A stretch of DNA of 62,317 nucleotides, the filler included, from Globobulimina sp. (taxonomy: Eukaryota): NCBI GenBank assembly GCA_003354225.1. It is 13 parts of 13 records of this genome, joined end to end, with 100 filler letters (N's around TTAATTAATTAA, not from the genome) between each part and the next. Parts side by side here need not be neighbours in the genome. Positions count along the whole stretch, not along the records: positions 48,031 to 52,726 come from PIVH01000992.1; positions 52,827 to 57,522 come from PIVH01000993.1; positions 57,623 to 62,317 come from PIVH01000994.1; 10 more parts are not named here. The stretch is one strand, 5' to 3'. The position numbers and the translations under genes were made by a program. Of the stretch, positions 48,031 through 57,861 are shown in pieces. The notes below the pieces were generated by a model. It ran no database searches. It had not been told where the DNA came from and worked only from the letters and a program-made list of their open reading frames with translations. How positions within the stretch are numbered: position 1 is the stretch's first letter; each line of letters opens with the position of its first letter.

Positions 48031-49291
48031 CCATCACTTCCACAGTCATATTTGTTATATCACTCGAGATTATATGGGTTACCCACTGTGGAATTTCAAG
48101 TTTTGTGCACCAATTAACACATCTTCCAAACCATTCATTACTGACTGCATTATTATATGTGGTCAGTAGCCAGTCACTCACCTCTATATTTGAATTATAA
48201 TCAGCAATTAAATACTTATCCTGTCCAAATGCACAGCCATTCGCACAAAACATGTTCCAATATTGTTTGACGGATATTGCAATCTCAAATTCATTCACTT
48301 TTTTATATTCCATTTTACTTTCATGATTAAGTCGAAATTTGCAATGCATTGTATCAGTAAATGTTAAGTCAACATCACTTATCTCAGCATCAGCATCATC
48401 CGTATCACATTTTAGTCCGATAGTATCTGACATGGTTCCCGACCTTTGCCGTCCTGCCATATCCAGTGTAATATCTCTGGTTGATATCACTTTTGGCCCT
48501 GTTAATGAGAAGCAAATATTTTGTAAAGCAGCAGCACACAAATTACATAATATTTTGTATGTTGATATATTAATTGCATTCTGCATAGCTAACCATAGGC
48601 AAAGTGTTGATGCGTTAGTTGAAAGACATACAATTATTTGAGAATCAATATTATTATTTATTAAAAGTATATTGATTACGTGCAAAATAAAAACGACAAG
48701 CAATAAAACTATGGCTAATAGACAATGTTTGCAGATGGTTTGCAACAGATTTGTGTCTTCATTGTTATCATTTATGACTCTGAATAATTGCTTATTTGAT
48801 ATCACAGTTAAGTGCGCCATACAGATAATTATTAACGACATAATAATCCAGGCGCATAATTGATACATTTCAAATGGAATTATATGAAATTTAGAAAAAA
48901 CAAAAATGAGTACAATGAGTGTTCCTATAACGATACAAATAGATAAATGAGAATGTTTTATATGATTTTTGATTGAATATAATGAGTCTTCGAATTCATA
49001 TGAAGTGCATAACAATGATATTACAAATAAATAAACTAATACAAAAAAAGAACACTGGAACAGAGTGTCTATTATATGATTGTATGGATTTCTCGGTTCA
49101 AATACTACATCAATCAAATTCAATGTCCATTGTACCAACGAATTGATTGTCATCATTAAGAAGACATATTCCAATGTGCATTTGGTTTTGTTTTGACACA
49201 ATACTGAAATTATTAATATTAATTGGAATGCAATGGTAAATATGCTCGAAATGAGGATTAGTAATAGATACATCACGACTGTCGCGCTCAT
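48031..49291 (-). CDS. About 7-TM protein with C-terminal VASt (StAR-like)-like domain, 3' truncated
   Basis: Seven hydrophobic segments, then FEIAISVKQYWNMF...NIEVSDW...RCVNW, typical of the VASt N-part. Confidence 0.55.
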
Positions 49292-49397
49292 CAGGATGCA
49301 AAAAAGAAAAATAATAATACTGTAGGTTTTTTTAATTTGATTAGTTGATAGTGTGGATGGGCACAGTTTCATGACACAATGACTTATAAGAATGATG

Positions 49398-50473
49398 TTA
49401 ATTTTCAACAGTATATCTATTATTTTGGAATACAGAGGAGCACGATGTTAATGTTTCAGTTTGTTTTGGATCTTCTACAGTCATTAGTGTAGAATTAGCA
49501 GTAACCATAATGTTTCTGTAACTTCTGTCATGAGTATCACCTTGAATATTAAATATTGTCTTTCTCACAGTCGATACACAAAGCAAAAACAATATGGCAT
49601 TACAAAATCCTTGTAATGGATCACAAAATGCCTGTCCAAGTTGTAGTCCATTATCAACCACACCATTCACTTCAATACCTTTAACACCAACCAATATGAC
49701 ACGAAGTGTTCCAAAGGAACGGATCACAACAAATATTAACGGAATTAGCGTCAATCTGGTCAATAATTCATTAATTTTATGATTATTGGCACTGAGATGG
49801 GTAAATTTTGGCCTGCGGGAACGATCAACATCATCCGTATTATCATTAGATGGTCTCAATAATTCTTTTTTTTTAAACCTCCGAATTTTGCGCAATCTCA
49901 CATACGTTGCAAAATATATAATACATAAAAATATGTACGAAAATATCTCAATCCCTTTCCCTCCAATCATTTGTAAAGAAAATGTATTGCCCCAACACCA
50001 TCCTCCAGTATATTTTGAGGAGAATTGGACATCATCATTCGGTGCAAAATACATTATGGCAATTATCAAATTTAAAATGAATGGAATGAGCCATGCGATT
50101 ATGTGAAACACAAAGAATAATCTTTTCGCTTTAACCCAGCGTTTCTGGTACGATGCAGCATAAATTTAAATAGCAATACAGTCAGTCCATAAAAATGAGG
50201 CAACGGGCCATACTCGATGTTACTAATTTTACTCCTTTGCTACAGTTATCACAGTCATAACGTACAACCAAAAATATTTGTGATGTATACAATGGCAGTG
50301 CCTAAATCTGCCACAGATAACCATAATAACAAATGTCGTGCAGGCTTACGTAATGTGGGGTATTTCAAATATGCAATGATGATAAATAATGAACCAAAAA
50401 AGGATAATAAGCAGCTCACAAAACAAACCAAACGCGCAGCATCTTTTAAATTCACAGGTTTCCAAAAACTCAT
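49398..50473 (-). pseudogene. cAMP-receptor-like GPCR (Dicty_CAR/GCR1/GPR157 family), disrupted
   Basis: RHLLLWLSVADL, ASFLWT, HIIAWLIP, WCW, IPLIFVVIR, PLQGFCNAILF. Frameshifts near 50200-50270 and an in-frame TAA at 50166-50168. Confidence 0.75.
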
Positions 50474-50505
50474 TTTTTTTTAGTTGCAGTTTTATGTATT
50501 TGCCA

Positions 50506-51648
50506 ATGGGCAACAAAACCACCAAACCAAAATCAACCAAAACCAAACCAACGGGAACAGAAACTGAGCCACTTGATATCAATAATGATCCAGAAGAAAA
50601 AACAAATGAAAACTGTCTCGCTTTTGATTCTCGCGCTCTGTTTTCCAAAGCACATATTGGAGGTAATAAAGGTCGACACATCAAATATGCAGAGTACATA
50701 TCACAGGCACAAGCACAACAATATAAGATACAAAAATTGATTAAAATTGTAGCAATAAGTGACACTCATATGGAACATGACAAATTGGACATGCCCTGTG
50801 GTGATATATTAATATTAAGTGGCGATTACACAAACAATGGAAGTATTCAAGAAGCGAAACAAGTCAATGAATGGCTTGGAAAACTCAAAAAAGACTATAA
50901 ATATAAACATATACTTTTAATTAATGGAAATCATGAAGGATTTGGTGACATTGTTTTAACGGACAAATATAGAAATATTGTACGGAAACATAACAAAATG
51001 ATTAGAGATGAACCTACATTGAAACAATTGAATGCTATCTACAATCAACAAATTGATAAATTGAGAGGAATAATGACAAACTGCATCATATTGAATGATG
51101 AAGCAATTGTTATTGAAAAAATTAAATTTTATGGAACAGCATGGACCAATCATACGGAAGTAAATTATGGATTATTTTTAGAGCCACAAGAAATACTCAA
51201 AAAATGGAAGAATATTCCCTTGGATATTGATTATTTGATAACACATTGTCCACCGCAAGGAATTATTGATAGAAATGACCACAAAGGATGTGCCCAATTG
51301 AGATTAACATTAAATTCTTTGAAATGTTTAAAAGTTCATCAATTCGGTCACGTTCATGCTGTCTCAAATCATTTCTTTATTACAAAACAGTCCATGATTG
51401 AAAGTGTCAAAGGGGAGAAAGACAGAGAGATTTGTAAGGATGGAAAGCCATGGTATCATTTATTGGATAAAAATGGTATAGAATTGAGAAAGTTTAATAA
51501 ATATATGGATAACCAAATGAACAAAGAAGAAAATAAACTGAATGCTATGCAGGATTTTGTATTATTTATGAATGCTGTCAATAATGGGACTGAACAACCA
51601 ATGTGGTTCTATTTCCCTGTACCATGTAACATCACAAGCAACCAATAA
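50506..51648 (+). CDS. Metallophosphoesterase (MPPED1/2-like)
   Basis: ISDTH, LSGD, GNHE, THCPP, FGHVH; MGNK N-terminus (possible myristoylation). Confidence 0.9.
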   Translation: MGNKTTKPKSTKTKPTGTETEPLDINNDPEEKTNENCLAFDSRALFSKAHIGGNKGRHIKYAEYISQAQAQQYKIQKLIKIVAISDTHMEHDKLDMPCGDILILSGDYTNNGSIQEAKQVNEWLGKLKKDYKYKHILLINGNHEGFGDIVLTDKYRNIVRKHNKMIRDEPTLKQLNAIYNQQIDKLRGIMTNCIILNDEAIVIEKIKFYGTAWTNHTEVNYGLFLEPQEILKKWKNIPLDIDYLITHCPPQGIIDRNDHKGCAQLRLTLNSLKCLKVHQFGHVHAVSNHFFITKQSMIESVKGEKDREICKDGKPWYHLLDKNGIELRKFNKYMDNQMNKEENKLNAMQDFVLFMNAVNNGTEQPMWFYFPVPCNITSNQ

Positions 51649-51714
51649 CTTGCTCGTACACGTATACACAAAAAAAGTGTCAGATAAATAAGGTCAAACA
51701 CAAAACAACATAAA

Positions 51715-52260
51715 TTATGTATCAGTATCACAATCATTTACATTTTGCGTAGAGTCATGGAGATTTATTGATTCTTCCTTTTCTTCATTATCATCATCAT
51801 TTTCTTCAATTTTATCCGTTTTATGGTTATATCTAATATGCGAATTTAAATGTGATGAAGTTTTAAATGTTTCCATACAAACATTACATTTATACGGTTC
51901 ATATTTTGTATGTATTCTAAAATGTGTCCTCAACACAGAATTAAAAGCGAAGGTCTTTAAACAAACAGTGCATTTAAACGGTTTCTCTCCAGAATGTACT
52001 CTTAAATGTCGATTCAAATCGTTTTTCTGTTTAAATCCTTTATTACATTCACTACAAATATGGCTCATATCACCTTTATCACTTTTATGAGTTTTATCGC
52101 CGGCATCAATATCATTGCCTTTCTCTCTCTTCCTTCTTTTTTTCCTATTCTTTTTTTTTCGTTTTCCATGTTTTTGTTGCTTTTCTACACTCGGTTTTGA
52201 AGCATTATTATTTTTATTGTTTGTTGGTATGATACAGCTCATCAATGACAGTGCCGTGGC
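51715..52260 (-). CDS. C2H2 zinc-finger protein, 3' part (three fingers)
   Basis: CSECNKGF..HLRVH-SGEKPF-CTVC..HFRIH..CNVC..HIRYNH. Confidence 0.88.
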   Translation of the reverse strand, partial: ATALSLMSCIIPTNNKNNNASKPSVEKQQKHGKRKKKNRKKRRKREKGNDIDAGDKTHKSDKGDMSHICSECNKGFKQKNDLNRHLRVHSGEKPFKCTVCLKTFAFNSVLRTHFRIHTKYEPYKCNVCMETFKTSSHLNSHIRYNHKTDKIEENDDDNEEKEESINLHDSTQNVNDCDTDT

Positions 52261-52726
52261 AGCGGTAGCATCATTTTTTGCGTAGAGCTGAACCAATCGC
52301 CGGACCTCGCCCATGGCAGAGGAATTACCAATAATGGCCTCTTCAAGCCGAGATAGATCTAAGGTTTCCTCCACCTTCAACATTTCCGGTGGTCTCAGAT
52401 TTTTCTCTCTGATTCTCTCCAGCAGCGGGATTAGCTCTTCATTGCGAAAAGGCTTGGTAATGAAATTATAGGCACCCAGCTTCATGGCTTCAACAGCCAG
52501 AGGAATGCTGCCGTAGGCGGTCATCATGATCACTTCTGTCTGGGCATCTTCGTTGCGTTTGACGTGTTTTAGGAGCGCCATGCCATCAATATTTGACATA
52601 CGAAGATCGGTGATTACGACATCAAACGAGTCTTGTGCCAACAGGTTAATCGCCTCTTGGCCATCTGGAGCAGAGGCCGTTTCAAAACCAGCACCCTTCA
52701 GAGCATCCGCCATTGAAACGCGTTTG
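52261..52726 (-). CDS. Bacterial NtrC/AtoC-type sigma-54 response regulator fragment (REC + start of AAA+)
   Basis: DVVITDLRMSNIDG, VIMMTAYGSI..AVEAMKLGAYNFITKPF, IIGNSSAM. Higher GC than the adjacent DNA. Confidence 0.9.
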
Positions 52727-52827
52727 NNNNNNNNNNNNNNNNNNNNNNNNNNNNNNNNNNNNNNNNNNNNTTAATTAATTAANNNNNNNNNNNNNNNNNN
52801 NNNNNNNNNNNNNNNNNNNNNNNNNNT

Positions 52828-55495
52828 GAAATCCAAGAATATTTTCCTGAATTCTTGCTTCAAGACTATGAAATTATAATAATTGAAACCAAAAACAATG
52901 AAAATGTTATTAGCGCACAGACCAAACAATTACTCTCCGCCATCAACGACACGTTATGGCATGACATCAATCCGCATTACAACCTTTTAGTAGGCTTTGA
53001 GACTTATTTTAGCCAATCACTGAATATCTCCATCCCGGGCCTTCAGAACATATTTAAACAAAGATACGTCAACGCAGACAATTCCACCATGATTAGTTTC
53101 ATCGCTTTGGACGTCAATGGCGTGGAACAGACCGATATTGACGGATTCATTGAAAAAATGCAAGATAAATTATCCTCATATCGTGCCGATGAGGCTTATG
53201 ACTACAAAATGTTAGACTTAACCGGACCGTTTACAATGTGGAATCAGGGCATGAAGGAGATGCAAAGTGACATGACATCCAAAGACATGATGATGATGCC
53301 GTTCATCTTCGTCCTCATGATGTATGTGGTGGGTTCGTGGAAGTTTATATTCATCGTCGGCCCTGTTCTGGGAATGTCCATTGTCATATCACTGTCATCC
53401 TTTGTACCATTTGCAAAATACGATGTCGTTGAAGTGAACCCCATGGCTCCCGCAATTATGTTATTTTTGGGCATGGCGTTATCCGTCGATTATAGCATGT
53501 TTTTATTATCCCGCTTCGCCTCCGAAATACAAAACGGTTCAGTAAAATGTCTATTTTTTGTTGCATTTGCTTATCGTACAAATGATTCAAGGCTCGAGTG
53601 TGCAGAACGCAGTGCGTGAAATGATCAAATATTCGGCTCACGTGGTGGTATTATCTGGCTCTGTGCTCATGGTCAGCTATATGGGCGTCACATTCTTCCC
53701 AGTCTCTGGAATGGACACCATCGGATATGCTGCGGTGATGACCATATTTTACACTGTTTCCATCAATATTACATTTGCAGCTTGCTCCATTTTAGCCTTC
53801 CCCAAATTTTATGGCAAGTTGGAACTGGTCCCGGCCTGTTGTCTGATTTGTAGATGTTGCAAAGAGAAAAGCGATGTGAGTTCGGGTTCCAGTTCCAAGC
53901 AATTGTTAGTGAATGACGCCAACGATACGAACAGTATTAAGTTGCAGGAATCGAAAGACACCAAAGACACGAAAGAATTCCTACATTCGCAAGACTCGAA
54001 AGCCGGCTCCAAAGAATCCAAAGACACCAAAGAATACAATGTCATGGCAGACGAAGCAGATCTTGACGATGAGGCCAAATACGACGACATGTCTCATCTC
54101 AGAGCGCACGAAAACGCGCAAAATTGCTATTTTAAATTGACGCAATATACAACGGTGTCGCCGTGGAAATATATAGTGCCGATTGTGATTTATGCGGCGA
54201 TGAGTCCGGTGATCTACGTTTTATTTCATAATTACAAATATTCTATGAACTTTACGGATTTCTTCCCCTCGGATTCGTCGGCGGTTCATGCGTACAACGC
54301 GATGTTGGACAGTTTCCCGGCCAACACGGGGCAGCCATACTATTTGCTGGGTGTCACAAACTACGCTGACCGCGATACAGAAATTTGGACGGACGAAGTT
54401 TTCGCGTCCTTTTGTTACTCGGCGAGGGAGATTATGGATGATTTCCCGATTCCAGCCACGCATTTTCATTCCGTTATGTTTGTGCCGAATATCACTGTGA
54501 ATTCGAATGGCTCCGTCAATGGGAATGCGTCGAATGGCATATTGTGTGCGGCGTATCGCGACATTGACTACAAAGACTACAGCGGCTCGGTGGTGGACGC
54601 ACTGAAGTTTGTGTACAAATATGGCGGCTCCATACCTCCAGACACTCCCAATTACGAATACATAATGTTGGTGGACCAATACATGCATACTATGGTCAGC
54701 GAGGGCGAGACTGCGTCGATCATGAATTTCAACCCTCCCTTTAACCCGTTGCTGCAGTCCGCAGTGAAGCCGTCGAGAGAGTTGCGATCATTGGTCGACC
54801 AGATCAACGCAAACCACTCCGTCAGCAAAAGCACCAAATTCTACATTCACGCTTCGCTGTACTGGCAAATCGACAGTTTGGACCAGACCAATGACAGAAT
54901 GGCGTGGCTGATGTCGTTGATTGTGTCTGTCATATTTTTGCTGATTGGCGTCATGTTTAAGGCGCCGTTCCTGCCGCTCCGCTTATTTGCGGTGGTCATC
55001 ATTCCAATCGGATTTGTGTATGGTTGCTGTGTCGGGGTCTATGTGCTGGGATGGCTGGATTGGCTCAATTGGGACTCGCTGCATTCCGGACATGACATAA
55101 TGTGGATGATGCCGTGTATCACCGTCACCATTCTGATGGGCTTGGCTTTGGATTACGAGATCTTTCTCTTTTCGCGCGTCTTTGAATATCGCTACAAAGG
55201 CTACAGTACGCGCGCGGCCATCATATTGGCGGTGGCCAACACGGGGCCCATTATCTCCTCCGCCGGCTCTGTTATGGCGATGGCTTTTTTTGGAATGTTG
55301 CTGCAGAACATCTCATCCAGCAATCAAATGGGATTTCTGTTCGTCTTCGGAGTCTTAATCGACACCTTTGTGATAAGGCCCTTGTTGGTGCCGGCCATGC
55401 TGTCCTTGGTGGATTGGCTCAATTGGTGGCCAAATCAGGTGAAAAAAAGCAATTTGATCAATGAATACGGAAATGTGGAAGCAAACAGTTTATAG
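52828..55495 (+). CDS. MMPL/RND-family transporter, 5' truncated; intron 53537-53591
   Basis: Two MMPL repeats: GMALSVDYSMFLLSRF..E and MGLALDYEIFLFSRVFE; TGPIISSAG; IDTFVIRPLLVPA..NWWP. Confidence 0.9.
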
Positions 55496-55750
55496 ACATG
55501 ACAGAAAATTTAATACTTATTTTATTTATACTTTTTTTTTTCTTTTTGTTTTAATTCTTTGTAATATTTTTAGAGACTCTTCAAAAACTTAAATTGGATC
55601 GCGGATCTGTTAAATTAATACGTTTTGTTATTATTATTTTATAAATTATTATCATTATATCAATATTAAATAATTACGCATTTCCAATTGATGTGCCCTC
55701 TTTTTTTCCGTGTATCAAAAAGTTGTAAAAGTAAAAATCTAACTGAAGTG

Positions 55751-56356
55751 ATGGAGGTTTTAATTGTAAATGGCTACATACGACAAGTTCAAAAAACGAT
55801 TGAACCGAAAATAATTCCAATATCGATTAATCAAATTTGTTATAATTATCACGGTGGTTATTATACGAAAATTGTCGATACTTTCAAAACTGCGCATGAA
55901 AGAATTACAATCTCAAAGAATGGGAAAACTGTAACAAGTAATGGTGGTGGAGGTAGTTATTATTATAACAATGCATTTGGAAGTATAGGAATTGAGGCAA
56001 GCAGCAAAAATAAGTATAAATGGAGGTTAACATGTAAGCAAATGCGTGGTATGATGTTAATTGGTATTCAATCGAACAGGAATGTTAATGCTGATTATGC
56101 TAAGATAGATTATGGATACAGTGGATATAGCAAGAAATACAATTTAGGAAAACTTGAATATTATGGAATTGAATGGGGTGCCGGTGATGTAATTGAAATG
56201 AGAGTTGATTTTGAAAAACAAGAAATGGGATATTTAGTAAATGGAATTGATCAAGGAATTGCTTTTAGGAATCTGCAGTTGGCAAAAACATATTATTTGG
56301 TTGTTTGTATGGGTACAGAGTATAAAGGAGAGAGCATGTTTTTAACTGATTTTTGA
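55751..56356 (+). CDS. SPRY/B30.2-like protein with N-terminal LIVNGYIR/IPxxI box
   Basis: YKWRL..IGI...WGAGDVIEMRVD..MGYLVNGIDQGIAF. Confidence 0.8.
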   Translation: MEVLIVNGYIRQVQKTIEPKIIPISINQICYNYHGGYYTKIVDTFKTAHERITISKNGKTVTSNGGGGSYYYNNAFGSIGIEASSKNKYKWRLTCKQMRGMMLIGIQSNRNVNADYAKIDYGYSGYSKKYNLGKLEYYGIEWGAGDVIEMRVDFEKQEMGYLVNGIDQGIAFRNLQLAKTYYLVVCMGTEYKGESMFLTDF

Positions 56357-56747
56357 TGAAATTGAAGAGCAAGAAAATAGACCGCAATGTGCATGTATAA
56401 TTATATAATCTGATTTTTCACTGTTCTCGAAACTACCGCGGATCTTCGGGTTATTTATGTTTATTTATTTCATTTGCATCAATCAACAAATTACGATAGT
56501 TAGACAACTCTGGATCTGTCGCAATTCGTTCATCGATTGGTGTAATCAGTTTACTTTAGAATAGGACCTGTTTGAAACACTTTTCTTTTGAAATTGTATA
56601 CATTATCCTTGCACTGCATGTAAATCCCCATGCATAGTATTCTAAAATCTAAAGTAACTGTCATATTTTGTTTTTTTTATGAAAATGTATGTAAAATTAC
56701 AACGAACTTATTAATTAGTTTATAACATGCAATTTGAGTCAATTTTA

Positions 56748-57522
56748 TTAACTGTATTTATTTCCTCGACAATAAATATACGGAGGCAATGCTGCATATC
56801 TTTTTAATCTCTGCGCAAGCTGGACATCACAGGTTCGAATCGACACAGATTTACGATGAATTGCACATAATTGTGTTTCCTCAAATAACTGCACAAGATA
56901 TGCCTCCGTCGCCTCTTGCAACGCCATCAAAGCCATAGACTGAAATCTCAAATCACTCTTATATTCCTGCGCTATTTCCCTCACTAAACGTCCAAATGCC
57001 GCCTTTCCAATCAATAACTCCGTCGAACTTTGATATTTTCGGATTTCTCGCAATGCCAAAGTACCCGGCCTATACCGATGCGGTATCTTTATACCACCAA
57101 CACTCGGAACCACCGCATCCTTACCACGGATTGTGGCGGTTTTAGGCGATATCCCTCTCATTTTCGTTACTGTGGTGTCCTTCTCCTCGCTTTTATTGTC
57201 GCTGTCATTGCCAGTTTCATCGCCTAGTGCAAATCGCACTTTTTTCGCGCTTTTCGCTTTCAATCGCTCACTGCGCCGCAAATTCTCCCTGGTTTTTGCA
57301 ATTTGTTTGTGTGGAGAGGCCACACCTTCCTTCATACTCGAACGCAAATATGGCTTCGGCGCAGCTGCTAAATATCCGCCATATTCATAGTATTCAGTCT
57401 CTGTGCCATCTTTGACTAAGGCTGGTTTACGAGCTTTGCCTTTTTTTTTCGATTTTTCATCGCTTTCACTGTCTACATCCATAGCCTCTTTTTTTTTGGG
57501 TTCTTTTTTTTTTGTTTCTTTT
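56748..57522 (-). CDS. Divergent histone H3 variant with long N-terminal extension (5' end may be off-contig)
   Basis: [61 protein letters not shown]. Confidence 0.92.
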
Positions 57523-57861
57523 NNNNNNNNNNNNNNNNNNNNNNNNNNNNNNNNNNNNNNNNNNNNTTAATTAATTAANNNNNNNNNNNNNNNNNNNNNN
57601 NNNNNNNNNNNNNNNNNNNNNNTGCACACACTTGTGAATTAAATGAGACATTTTATCGTTAATATAATTATCTAAAATTGAGACCTTATATATCACTGTC
57701 AGATTTCATGGCATTTTGTGTATGCCATAATTTCAAATAACATAAACAATCCTTGATTTTATGGTCTTTTGTGTATGCTGTTTTTCAGAACTGTTAACTA
57801 CAAACGGCGTACATCATACCAGAATTACGAGGGAAATGACTTCTGGATATAATCAGTATGT

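Noticed and set aside
50166-50168. Stop-codon reassignment (TAA read as an amino acid)
   Set aside because: Conserved genes (cullin, kinesin, myosin, kinase) have no internal stops after splicing and end in TAA/TAG/TGA; this stop sits beside frameshifts.
56748-57482. Confident CENP-A/CenH3 call
   Set aside because: Loop 1 length, F84 and T107 are canonical-H3-like, so it is left as an unassigned variant.
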